A DNA stretch of 64,000 nt, from positions 128,001-192,000 of the forward strand of contig CAXBMO010000010.1 in NCBI GenBank assembly GCA_963977015.1, read 5' to 3'. This document shows positions 10,210-19,892 of this stretch, piece after piece. The stretch comes from an uncultured bacterium (GTDB taxonomy: Bacteria; Verrucomicrobiota; Verrucomicrobiia; Verrucomicrobiales; DEV007). The translations under genes and the position numbers were made by a program. A model generated the notes under the pieces. It worked only from the letters and a program-made list of their open reading frames with translations, did no database searches and was not told the origin of the DNA. Numbering within the stretch: position 1 is the first letter of the stretch; every line of letters begins with the position of its first letter.

Positions 10210-11931
10210 TCACGAAAGCGGGCCGAATAACTCGAGGCGTTTGACCCGTTTCATCGCGAGGAGAATCGGGACTCCGCCGAAAACGACCGTCATGAAGACG
10301 ATGCCGGCAATGGCTCCGGGCATCCAGCCGTCCGATCCAATTTCAGCGACGCCCTTGGTTTGAAAGAGGCCGATCTTGGCGACGCTAAGCATGCTGATAA
10401 AGCAAACGATGTAGAGAAAACTGCAGATGAGGCAGAGGGTCCCTCCAAAACCCGAGACAATTTTCGCGGCGTTCGTTTCCTCCAAATTGGGGAATAACGC
10501 GCCAAGCCCGACCGAAATTCCGCAGAGCCCGGCGCTAATGAGCGCAATTGAACTCGTGAAGAAAACGATGTCCCAAACTGGCAATTGAAGCATCAAGCCG
10601 GAAGTCAGCTGGAGGAGCGTCGTCAACGTTCCGATACAAAGCATCGCCTGAACCCATTTTTGGAGGACAACGCGCTCGAGTCCCAATGGGGCCAGTCCCA
10701 AAATCCAGATTCGAGATCCTTCCAGGCTGAATTGGGGAAAGACAAAGCGGGTGGTTAGGGTTGAGACCGCCAGCGAGCAAACTGTCAAATTGATGTAGCT
10801 GATAATGGCTGACCAATAGGGATTTTCGTAGTCGTACCCCATATTTCGGAGATTGAGGACGTAAATGAGCAGGAGGCCAAAGACGATCACAAATTGAACC
10901 CATTGGGATGGTTCGCGGAGAAACGTGAGGACGTCCTTTCGGATCACTGCCCGAATCGGCCGATCCAGACCAATGACTCTGTTGGCCCCAGAAACCCAGC
11001 GGTAAGCGTGCCCCTGTGATCGCTCTCTTCTTCTGCTGGACGCATGGGCCGCCCGTTCGAGGTTCCGATTCCATGCCGGATAGAACCATTTGCCGCCCAA
11101 CCACCCCAGTGAGACGATTCCCATGAGCGCCCAGGACCAAAGCAGGGTGGTGAACCAATTCGCCTCATAGGGGTAAGCGCGGGTACGTTGCAATAAGGCG
11201 CGGCTCATCCAGGTACTGGGCGAAAGCGGATGCACGCTGGCCTCGGTATGTTTGAGAATCTGATCGACCGCCACCATTCCCGCTGACCGTTGCGATGCCT
11301 CTTGCGCGTCGTCGTAGGCCACGAATCCGTAACCGATGATGCCGAGCACGGTCACCCCAATCAGAGCGATGGCGGCTTTTCGCGAAATCCAGCGCAACAA
11401 CCCGAGGAACAAGGCACTGCCAACGGTTGAAGCCACGATGACAAATGCAATCGTCAGCGCAAGTGCGTGAGGATAGAACGATGTCGGGGCATTGCGGGTC
11501 GTGCCGAATGCGAGCAGGAGCGGGAAACTGATGAAAACCAGGCCCCAGCTTGCGAAGACGATCGCTTCCGTGGATTTCCAGAGAAAAATGACCCGGTGGG
11601 ACAGGGGGAGTGTGTGCAGCCAGGGGATTTCTCTTCCCTTGATCAAGCCGATGAAGTTGGTCACCCCCACCGAGAAAATCAGCATGATGAAGAAGAAAAA
11701 GAAGAGCAGAAAAATGACGCGATCCGCGAGAAAGCCTCCCACACTGGGCACCCGTTGAACCATGATCAGGCCTTTGGAAAAGAGCACGTAGCCCATCACC
11801 CCGTAGCCCAACAGGAAGATGGAAAGCGTGGAAACCATCAATTTCGACTCCGTAAACATTCGGGTCGAACGGCCACGTGCCATTTTGACGTGGTAGCGTA
11901 ACAGAAGCAGGAACTGTTTCAGGTCAGACAA
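10210..11931 (-). CDS. Putative ABC-2-type transporter permease (two-repeat polytopic membrane protein)
   Basis: About 12-14 hydrophobic segments; LHTLPLS, KDVLTFLREPSQW, FPQFSLEG. TTG start just after the rlmI stop is inferred. Confidence 0.75.
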   Translation of the reverse strand: MSDLKQFLLLLRYHVKMARGRSTRMFTESKLMVSTLSIFLLGYGVMGYVLFSKGLIMVQRVPSVGGFLADRVIFLLFFFFFIMLIFSVGVTNFIGLIKGREIPWLHTLPLSHRVIFLWKSTEAIVFASWGLVFISFPLLLAFGTTRNAPTSFYPHALALTIAFVIVASTVGSALFLGLLRWISRKAAIALIGVTVLGIIGYGFVAYDDAQEASQRSAGMVAVDQILKHTEASVHPLSPSTWMSRALLQRTRAYPYEANWFTTLLWSWALMGIVSLGWLGGKWFYPAWNRNLERAAHASSRRRERSQGHAYRWVSGANRVIGLDRPIRAVIRKDVLTFLREPSQWVQFVIVFGLLLIYVLNLRNMGYDYENPYWSAIISYINLTVCSLAVSTLTTRFVFPQFSLEGSRIWILGLAPLGLERVVLQKWVQAMLCIGTLTTLLQLTSGLMLQLPVWDIVFFTSSIALISAGLCGISVGLGALFPNLEETNAAKIVSGFGGTLCLICSFLYIVCFISMLSVAKIGLFQTKGVAEIGSDGWMPGAIAGIVFMTVVFGGVPILLAMKRVKRLELFGPLS

Positions 11932-11935
11932 AGCA

Positions 11936-13099
11936 TTACCATGCGGGAACAACTTCAAAACAATAGCCACGAAGGTATTCGCTCTCGGGAATGGTGGCGA
12001 TGATGGGGTGGTCGCGGCGTTGGCCATAGCTGTCGACATGGCGCAGCGTTCGCTTCGCATCGACCGACGCATCCCGAATCACGTCCATGAAATCACCAGC
12101 ACTGACATGGTGGCTACAACAAAAGGTTGCCAGCTTCCCGCCAGGTTCGAGCATCTTCAGTGCCCTGAGATGAATTTCCTTATACCCTCGCAGGGCGTCT
12201 TTCAGGGATTTCCGGTTCCGAGTGAACGAAGGTGGGTCGAGGATAATCAGGTCATATTTGGTTCCGGCTGATTCCTGTTCCTTGAGAAAATCGAAAACAT
12301 TCCGGGACTCGAAACGAATTTCAAGATTCTCCGCCTCGGCGTTCTCCTTGGCGGTTTTCAGAGCGGGTTCGCTTGAGTCAATCGCGGTTACCTCAGCGGC
12401 ATCGGCTTTGGCGCACTCCAAGGCAAAGCCGCCCTGGTTGGAGAAACAGTCGAGAACGCGTTGTCCTTTGGCCTGTTTGGCGACGGACTGATAATTGTCG
12501 AGTTGATCGAGATAGAGACCGGTCTTCTGTCCTTCCCAAAGGTCCGCGAGAAAACTTACATTCCCGATTTTGAGGCGTTTCGGGCTTGGCTCGCCAATTG
12601 CGATGCTTTGTTGAGGCTCCAGTCCTTCCGCAGCTCGAATCGGGCTTTCGTTGCGTTCAATGATGCAGGAAGGGGAGAAGCGCTCCCGGATGGCATCTAC
12701 GAGCAGGTCCTTGCGCTGGTCCATCGCCATCGTCTGGGTCTGGAACGCGAATTGATCCTCGTAGCGATCGACAACCACGCCCGGAAGACCGTCACTTTCG
12801 CTCCAAACGACGCGGTAAACGGAATCAAAGCCCAACCGTTGCCGGACCTCATCAGCTCGCTCGATGCGACGTTTGAAGAAGTCCAGATCCAGATCCTGTT
12901 TCCTCCGTGAAAAACGGCGAGCGACGATTTGAGAGTTGGGATTGTAGATCGCGCTTCCCAGCGGGCGATCCTTGTAATCCTTGAGTGAAACGACGTCCCC
13001 GGGTTTGGGTTCACCGAAAATTTTCCTCACATCGGTACCGTAGACCCAATCATGGCCGTGATAGATGCGAGCTCGAGGTTTGACCACTATTCCAGCCAT
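11936..13099 (-). CDS. rlmI: RlmI-like class I SAM-dependent rRNA methyltransferase
   Basis: N-terminal PUA-like GHDWVY, ESDGLPG, GQKTGLYLDQ, IILDPPSF. Confidence 0.85.
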   Translation of the reverse strand: MAGIVVKPRARIYHGHDWVYGTDVRKIFGEPKPGDVVSLKDYKDRPLGSAIYNPNSQIVARRFSRRKQDLDLDFFKRRIERADEVRQRLGFDSVYRVVWSESDGLPGVVVDRYEDQFAFQTQTMAMDQRKDLLVDAIRERFSPSCIIERNESPIRAAEGLEPQQSIAIGEPSPKRLKIGNVSFLADLWEGQKTGLYLDQLDNYQSVAKQAKGQRVLDCFSNQGGFALECAKADAAEVTAIDSSEPALKTAKENAEAENLEIRFESRNVFDFLKEQESAGTKYDLIILDPPSFTRNRKSLKDALRGYKEIHLRALKMLEPGGKLATFCCSHHVSAGDFMDVIRDASVDAKRTLRHVDSYGQRRDHPIIATIPESEYLRGYCFEVVPAW

Positions 13100-13195
13100 C
13101 CCTTTCGTAGCTACATCTCGCCACCAAAGTCAACCTTTGCGAGGTTTCTTCGGCAGAGAAAGTTTTCCCCGGGCTCCAACGTGCCTTGCCGGTGG

Positions 13196-13663
13196 TTACT
13201 GACGGACGAGGCTCAATTTCGCGGTAGCCGCGTCCGCGCCGGTTTTGGTGAGTTCGACGAAAAGGGCTTTGGAGTCCAATTTGAGTCTGAAAACCCGCTC
13301 AGGCCCTTTGATGAGAGCCGTTTTTTCCGCGTAATCGACCAGCGCATTCATGGTGACGGAAACACCATCGCTATTGGCGTATTCTACGGTGATGACCCCG
13401 TTCGACTCAGCAAACGTCATGCTGTAAAGGCCGAGATCGCCATTGATCGTAATGTCGCCCTCCAGCGTGAACGTTCCGTTCTTCTTGTCTTCAGCTCTTA
13501 CCCGTGCCGGTGTGATCGGGATCGTTTTTCCTTCACTAACCAAACTTCCGGAACCATTCCAATCCCCTGACAGACTGATGAAAAAGGGCTTGTCGAATTC
13601 TCCGGCAGAAAGCGAGGAAAGACTGAAAATTGCGATGGAAAGGAAAGCGGCGGGTAGTTTCAT
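13196..13663 (-). CDS. Hypothetical secreted beta-rich protein
   Basis: Signal peptide MKLPAAFLSIAIFSLSSLSA followed by LSGDWNGSG. Confidence 0.65.
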   Translation of the reverse strand: MKLPAAFLSIAIFSLSSLSAGEFDKPFFISLSGDWNGSGSLVSEGKTIPITPARVRAEDKKNGTFTLEGDITINGDLGLYSMTFAESNGVITVEYANSDGVSVTMNALVDYAEKTALIKGPERVFRLKLDSKALFVELTKTGADAATAKLSLVRQ

Positions 13664-13791
13664 CTGAATTGGAAAGGGTGAATTGGGTAGAGATGCAATT
13701 GGACGCCGACTTGCGTCAGAGATTTAGGAAAATGTTTCGTCACGAGCAAACACGACAAAGCAGGAAAACTCAACTTCGAGGAATCCGATGG

Positions 13792-14580
13792 TCAAAACAC
13801 GAACGAAACGCCCATTTTCTCAAAGCTGATTTTCCATTCTTTCAGCCACTTGTCGCCCAGTGCGTCAAACTTGCCTGATTCCCGATACTCTTTGAGGAAT
13901 TCGTTAATCTCAGCGACCAATTCGTCATTCCCTTTCTTGACGCCGATCCCCCAGACTTCCGAACGAACTGGCTCAAGGATAGCTCTCGTGGTTTCCTGGT
14001 TCCGTTTCCAGTGTTGGAAGATGGAAACCTGATCATAAAGAAAGGCATCGGCCTTGCCTTGGGCGACTTCCATCGCGCAATTCCCGGAATCCTCGAGAAC
14101 GATGAGTTTGGCTTCAGGGAGGTTTTCCCGGGCCCAGATGTGTCCGGTCGTCCCGAGTTTGCAGGCAATCGTCAAGCCCGGTGTGGTCAGGTCCTTTGGT
14201 GAATTGAGGGGGCCATTTTTTTGAACCAGCATGCAGATTCCGTTGCGAACATAGGGATCGCTGAAGGAGACCTTTTCAGCACGTTGATCGGTAATCGTCA
14301 TTGAAGAAATGACACAATCAATTCGACCGCTTTGGAGTGAGGGAATGAGTCCAACCCACGCGAAATCGAGAATTTCGACTTCCTGACCAAGATGTTCGCC
14401 AAGCGCCTTCGCCAAATCGACGCTTACCCCCTGGGGCTCCCCGGTTTGGCTCTTCATTTCGAAAGGTGGATAAGCAAGTTCCATCCCTACGACCAAGACA
14501 TCGTCGGGATTGGCGTCCTTGCACCCTGCCATCATTAGGGCCAAGGGCAGCAACAGAAAAAGAATCAGTCTTTGGATCAC
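13792..14580 (-). CDS. Amino-acid ABC transporter substrate-binding lipoprotein (SBP_bac_3)
   Basis: Lipobox MAGC, GMELAYPPFE, SSMTITDQR, FSDPY. Confidence 0.92.
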   Translation of the reverse strand: MIQRLILFLLLPLALMMAGCKDANPDDVLVVGMELAYPPFEMKSQTGEPQGVSVDLAKALGEHLGQEVEILDFAWVGLIPSLQSGRIDCVISSMTITDQRAEKVSFSDPYVRNGICMLVQKNGPLNSPKDLTTPGLTIACKLGTTGHIWARENLPEAKLIVLEDSGNCAMEVAQGKADAFLYDQVSIFQHWKRNQETTRAILEPVRSEVWGIGVKKGNDELVAEINEFLKEYRESGKFDALGDKWLKEWKISFEKMGVSFVF

Positions 14581-15536
14581 GATGTTTCGGGAAGGTCGGT
14601 TTTGAGGTTGGCGGATCGTTCCATCAGGATCACGAGAACTGCCCCCACCACAATGAGACCGATGGCCAGCCAGGAATTGGGATCCGCCAAATCAGGAAGC
14701 CTCCAATTTTCGTATCCGGTCACCTTCTCCTTCACGTCTCCATCCGGCTTGATGAATTCCACCACCTTCGCGTCTTTCCAGGGCCAGATGATCGCAAGCG
14801 ATCCCGCGATAAAGCCGGTGATGAGCGAGACGGCGATGTCGTGATAATTCTTGAAAAGCCAGCTCAGGATTCGTGAAAGAGCAACGAGACCGGCCACCGC
14901 ACCAATGCCCACGGGAACGAGGACCTTGAAGGCTTCCAGGTCCAAGGACTTGAGTTGGCTGACCGACTCGATCATGACCAATTGATAATTGCCCATGAGC
15001 AAAAGGACAAACGAACCACTCAGTCCCGGAATGATCATGCTGCAAACCCCAACCACTCCACACAGCATGAGGTAGACAAAATTGTCGTTTTGCTCGGCCT
15101 GCCCCAGAAACGCCATCGAAACCGCAGCGGCGAGCCCGACTGCGGCCGCACTGATTGCCCCGATTCCCCAGGTTTTCACCATTCTTCCGACCGCAGGAAT
15201 CGACGCGGCAATCAATCCAAAGAAAAAGGCCCACACCAATGTGTCATGATGTTCGAACGCCCATTTCAAAAGCTCAGCGATCGAAACGATGCTTACGACC
15301 GCGCCCAGACCAAGTAATACCAGGAACACCAAGTCCGTATGCTTCAGGAAGTCGGAAAACTGTCGCTTCAGAAGCAATCGTGCGGCATCCAGATTGAAGG
15401 ATTTGAGAGCCTCGATCAGTCGCTCGTAAATACCGGTGATGAAAGCGACCGTGCCACCGGAAACTCCCGGGATGACGTTTGCTGCGCCCATCGCGGCACC
15501 TTTGAGGAGAATAGAAATCGCGTTCTTGGGATTCAT
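14577..15536 (-). CDS. DUF368 family protein (undecaprenyl-phosphate translocase family)
   Basis: KGAAMGAANVIPGVSGGTVAFITGIYERLI and SMIIPGLSGSFVLLLMG. Confidence 0.92.
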   Translation of the reverse strand: MNPKNAISILLKGAAMGAANVIPGVSGGTVAFITGIYERLIEALKSFNLDAARLLLKRQFSDFLKHTDLVFLVLLGLGAVVSIVSIAELLKWAFEHHDTLVWAFFFGLIAASIPAVGRMVKTWGIGAISAAAVGLAAAVSMAFLGQAEQNDNFVYLMLCGVVGVCSMIIPGLSGSFVLLLMGNYQLVMIESVSQLKSLDLEAFKVLVPVGIGAVAGLVALSRILSWLFKNYHDIAVSLITGFIAGSLAIIWPWKDAKVVEFIKPDGDVKEKVTGYENWRLPDLADPNSWLAIGLIVVGAVLVILMERSANLKTDLPETS

Positions 15537-15587
15537 GCGCGGCTAGCCTATGCCCTCAGTCTCTTCAGAGCGCAAGGCTGTCTTTGG

Positions 15588-17345
15588 CTAATACCGGAGA
15601 GTGGCGCCAAAATGGAGCCGACCACTTCCATCCTCATCCACACCATCGCTGGACAGGTGCCAGCCATAGCCGGCTCGCATCAACCAGTTTGAACCCCAGT
15701 TGTAGCGCATTTCCAAACCGAGGCTTGAGATCTCCTGATCCACTTCTCCCTCAATCGAATCATTGGAAGACAACCAGGCCGCATCGAGGAAGAAAGCCGT
15801 TGTTAGTTCGTCATTGAAATTCTGGCCCAGCAATTGGGCAACGGAAACCGGGGGCGCAATCAGCTCCAGCGAACCGACAAAACCGGCATCCCCCCGAATC
15901 AAATTCTCATCAAATCCTCTCACCGTTCGATAGCCGCCAGCGAGAAGTTGCTCCGTCGAAATCAGACGGGAATTGCTCCATTGGCCGGTTCCCGAGAAGG
16001 TCAGGTTCCAGCTCATGGGAAGCTTGATCAGCCGTTCCAGCGTCATTTCCGTATAGAGATAATCCGGAGATGCTCCCGTTCTTTGAGCTTCAAAACTTGA
16101 TTCGTCGTTGTTGCCGATCGAATTGCCGGGACTCCAGGTGAGGCCGAGGCCCAGTCCTGTCGCGCCCAACTTGTCAGGTCTGGCTCCTTTCCAGCCGAGA
16201 CTGAACTGCAGAACGGATGCCGTCTCATCAAAGACGTTTTGCCCCCCAAACTCCAGGTCGCTGTTGGTTGTCTTGTAGTCCGTGCCAAACGAAAGTTCCG
16301 ACTTGGAGAGGTCAAAGAGTCGTGAGCGAATTGGAATGACGTATTCCAAACCTGCAAGGCTGCTTTCGCCGCCGACTCCGATTGCATCGTCACCGCTGAA
16401 GAGTTCGGCATCGCTCTTCACCAACGCCCCAACCAAGTCAATGCGGTGCCTCCAAGGCAACGGAATTCGGTAGAACAGCGAATGCGCTTCCAAAGACTCG
16501 AATTCCAAATCGGTCGTGTATTGATACGCTGCAATCTGTTCCGTGTTGAAAACACGTCCCCAGGTGATCCCAAAATCCCATTGGTTTTCACCGGTCAGTT
16601 CAAGTCCGGTATTGTCGATCCCAGTGTGAAGGCGCAAGGGCTTTGCATCAGTGGTTTGGAGCACAATGTCGGTGGTGCCATCGGTTTCACCCGGTTCGAA
16701 AATCATTTTCACCTTGCGGAACGGGTGATCGTTCAACCAATCCAGATCCCAACCAAGATCGCTCTGTCGGATCGATGATCCCGGCTCGGTTTTGATCTGT
16801 CGAATGAGGTAATCAGGATCGGAACGTTCGGCACCTTCGACCCGAACCTCTCCAAGGAGCCCTTCTGTCACGACGAGTTGAACCACACCGCTGCTGACAT
16901 CTTGTTCCGGGAGGTAGGCATCAACCACGGGGCGGTCATCTTCGCGATACACCCGATTGATTGTGCGATTGACGTCCGCCAATAGATTCAGCGTAAGAGG
17001 TTGCCCCAAAAACCCGGAAAGTGCTTCGACGAGGTTCTCTGGTGCTCCTTCCAATTGGTTGTCAATTTCGCCCTTCCTGGCAGGCGTCTGATTGACCAAG
17101 TCCTGCTTTGGCAAGAGGACGAGGCCATTCAAGGCATGAAGGATGACCTTGTCGCTGCCGTCTTTGACCGCGAGGTCGTCCGCCGGAGATTCATCCAGAG
17201 ACAACGTATCGAGTCCCAACTCCTTGAGGACATTCTGCTTGAGTTCTTCCGTCCGATCCTTGTCCTGAGCAAGCGATGTGGAGGCCAGTAAGACAACCAA
17301 AATGGTGGCGATACCGCAAAAAAGCGGAATCGCTTTCGGGGCCAT
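15588..17345 (-). CDS. ShlB/FhaC/HecB-family (TpsB) outer-membrane beta-barrel
   Basis: Signal peptide, POTRA region (AYLPEQDVSSGVVQLVVTEG), DNTG, loop-6 motif GGYRTVRGF, C-terminal aromatic residue. Confidence 0.88.
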   Translation of the reverse strand: MAPKAIPLFCGIATILVVLLASTSLAQDKDRTEELKQNVLKELGLDTLSLDESPADDLAVKDGSDKVILHALNGLVLLPKQDLVNQTPARKGEIDNQLEGAPENLVEALSGFLGQPLTLNLLADVNRTINRVYREDDRPVVDAYLPEQDVSSGVVQLVVTEGLLGEVRVEGAERSDPDYLIRQIKTEPGSSIRQSDLGWDLDWLNDHPFRKVKMIFEPGETDGTTDIVLQTTDAKPLRLHTGIDNTGLELTGENQWDFGITWGRVFNTEQIAAYQYTTDLEFESLEAHSLFYRIPLPWRHRIDLVGALVKSDAELFSGDDAIGVGGESSLAGLEYVIPIRSRLFDLSKSELSFGTDYKTTNSDLEFGGQNVFDETASVLQFSLGWKGARPDKLGATGLGLGLTWSPGNSIGNNDESSFEAQRTGASPDYLYTEMTLERLIKLPMSWNLTFSGTGQWSNSRLISTEQLLAGGYRTVRGFDENLIRGDAGFVGSLELIAPPVSVAQLLGQNFNDELTTAFFLDAAWLSSNDSIEGEVDQEISSLGLEMRYNWGSNWLMRAGYGWHLSSDGVDEDGSGRLHFGATLRY

Positions 17346-17498
17346 GCGCGAAAGGATTGGAAGTACTAGGTTCAGGCTACGTTTGTGTTTCGGTTGCTTT
17401 ATGGAAAAGGACGAAGCCTTGGTCAAGGCTAACTTATTGCTAAAATCGCCAAATAATTGAGGCGCAATCAAAAGAATGGTGGTTTCTGAGCTTCACGG

Positions 17499-19676
17499 AT
17501 GACGCGTTTTCGACAGATTCTTGGCCAAGCGCTTGGCGTTTTGCTCGATCCCAGATGGTATCCATTTGTTGCCACGCCTTTGGTTGGGCTCGCGGTCTTA
17601 CTTGGGATTTCGCAGGATTGGTTTCAGCGTCCTGAGTTTGTTCTAGACGATTGGAGGATGCGGAAAGCAGCTGAGAAGGGAGGGAAGGTTGACTCTCGTT
17701 TGCTCTACGTGGGAATCGATGATTCGTCGATCGCGGAGTTGGGGCGTTGGCCTTGGGAGCGGAGCGTTCATGCGGGGTTCTTTTCGGTTCTGTCGAGTGA
17801 TCCACCCGGCGCGATCGCCTACGATATCTGGTTTCCGGAAATAAGCGGCAATGCTCAATCCGATGCACAGTTGGCGAATGCGGCCGCGAACGCAGGTTCC
17901 GGAGTATTTGCAGCCGTGGCCAGAAACGCGGAGGGACCGGGCTACAACCAGACTGATTTTGGATTTACGTTTCCGCTTGAGAACATTGAAGGCTGGCCGG
18001 GCGACCGTCATGGAAACTCGGAGGCGATTCTTCCGTATGAGGCTCTTGCCGCGAGTGGGTTTGTTGGATTTGTCGACAGCAAACCTGATGTCGATGGTGT
18101 TCGTCGAAGCTTGCCGCTCGTCGTGCGTGTCGGGGATGACCTTTACCCAGGCTTGGTCATTCAGTCGTTGATGACCTATTGGGGCCTCGATTCGTCGCAC
18201 CTTTCCATCTCCCTTGGAGATCGTCTCGTGATCCGAAGTCCGGAAGGCGAAATTTCGATTCCGATCGATGAGAACGGTGAGATGCTGATCAGTTGGCGAA
18301 ATCAGGAACAGTTTGGTTACGAGGGCTTTTCCGACCTGTTGGGCGTCCTGGGCTATGCCGCGCGGGAGAATCAGCCTCCTCCGAAGGAGTTGTCGAACCT
18401 GGGAGAGCGAATTCTCGTCGTGGGGCAGAACTCGACCGCTCTTGCTGATGTTGGGCCCACTCCGATCGAAGCGGACACGCCCTTGTCGACGACGCACCTC
18501 AACGCGTTGAATACGATTCTAACTCGCGATTTTGTGAGGCGTGTGCCCCAGCCGATCATGTTGGCGCTGTGGTTTATCATCGCGATTTGCGGAGGGCTTT
18601 ATCTCCGCGATCGAGGAGCTTTGTGGTCTGCGGCATTGCCGCTCGGCATGACGCTGGTCTACCTGGTTCTCGCTGAGCAACTCTATCTCAAGGAGCGAAT
18701 TCTTCTGCCGATCACCTGGCCAATTGCCTCCCAAATTCTGCTCCATTTCGGGGCTGGCACAGTTCACTGGTTGAAAGAGCAGAAGCAGCGTGAGCAAATC
18801 AAATCGATCTTCTCAACCTTGGTATCCGGACCGCTGCTTGATCACATCCTGAAGAATCCGGATTCGGTGAAATTGGGAGGTGAATTGCGTCCTGTGGCGG
18901 TGTTCTTCAGCGATATTCGAAGCTTCACCACTTTTAGTGAGAATGCGGCTCCCGATGAGTTGGTCGAGTCGCTGAACGTTTATTTCGGAGAAATGGTGGA
19001 TTGCGTTCACCAACAGAATGGGACGCTGCACAAGTATATCGGGGACGCGATCATGGCCGTTTGGGGAGACATTCTGGACCAGCCGGAAGAAGAGATTGCC
19101 TGTGAAGCGGTTCGAGCCGCTTTGGAAATGCGGACGAAACTCGCAGCCCTCAATCAGCGGTGGCGTGACGACGGAGAAATGGAAATGCATATCGGAATGG
19201 GCATCAACTTTGGCGAAGTCCTGGTCGGATACATTGGTGCCCCGGAACGAAGAGAGTTCACCGTGATTGGCGATGCGGTGAATACGGCATCACGCCTGGA
19301 AGGATTGACCAAAGAATTCCGAACGGATTTGGTCATCGGTCCCAAGTGTCACGAACTGGTTGGAACTGAGTTTGTAACCCGCCTTCTGGGAAAGATTCAG
19401 GTCAAGGGGCGGCAGGAGTCGCTCAAGGTCTTTGAAGTGTTTGGGGAAACCACGAAGATGCCGGAGGAACTGCAAACGTGGGTTGCTCGATTTGAGGAAG
19501 CCATCCAGCTCTATTTCGAGCGAAAATTCGCGGAAGCGCGGGCGAAATTTGAAGAATGCTTAAGGGAGCGCAAGGACGACTACGCGGCCGGACATTACGC
19601 TGAGCGGTGTCGGGAATTCGAAGCCGAGCCGCCGCCAGCCCAATGGAGTGGCAACTATGTCATGACGTCCAAGTGA
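17499..19676 (+). CDS. CHASE2-domain class III adenylate cyclase
   Basis: CHASE2 (IDDSSI, GRWPWER, PDVDGVRR), three TM helices, FSDIRSFT, KYIGDAIM, FTVIGDAVNTASRLE, TPR-like tail. Confidence 0.93.
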   Translation: MTRFRQILGQALGVLLDPRWYPFVATPLVGLAVLLGISQDWFQRPEFVLDDWRMRKAAEKGGKVDSRLLYVGIDDSSIAELGRWPWERSVHAGFFSVLSSDPPGAIAYDIWFPEISGNAQSDAQLANAAANAGSGVFAAVARNAEGPGYNQTDFGFTFPLENIEGWPGDRHGNSEAILPYEALAASGFVGFVDSKPDVDGVRRSLPLVVRVGDDLYPGLVIQSLMTYWGLDSSHLSISLGDRLVIRSPEGEISIPIDENGEMLISWRNQEQFGYEGFSDLLGVLGYAARENQPPPKELSNLGERILVVGQNSTALADVGPTPIEADTPLSTTHLNALNTILTRDFVRRVPQPIMLALWFIIAICGGLYLRDRGALWSAALPLGMTLVYLVLAEQLYLKERILLPITWPIASQILLHFGAGTVHWLKEQKQREQIKSIFSTLVSGPLLDHILKNPDSVKLGGELRPVAVFFSDIRSFTTFSENAAPDELVESLNVYFGEMVDCVHQQNGTLHKYIGDAIMAVWGDILDQPEEEIACEAVRAALEMRTKLAALNQRWRDDGEMEMHIGMGINFGEVLVGYIGAPERREFTVIGDAVNTASRLEGLTKEFRTDLVIGPKCHELVGTEFVTRLLGKIQVKGRQESLKVFEVFGETTKMPEELQTWVARFEEAIQLYFERKFAEARAKFEECLRERKDDYAAGHYAERCREFEAEPPPAQWSGNYVMTSK

Positions 19677-19892
19677 TGCGAGGTGATTTTGAGAACTCCT
19701 CAATTGGCATTTTTCGAATGAGAACGTGCTTTTCCAAAATTAAAGCTATAGGATTGGTTAGGGTTGGGCGAATCCTTGTTTTTCGGCGATAAGAACGGGT
19801 TCAATTTGTTGAAATTCCAAAAAATGGAGTTCATTGTTGATAGTTGACCATGGGAGCGCTTGCGAGCGCGGTCTAATTCAACTTATACGGCC

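Noticed and set aside
11932-12072. Upstream extension of the permease ORF
   Set aside because: It overlaps the 3' end of rlmI in another frame; a TTG just after the rlmI stop is more plausible
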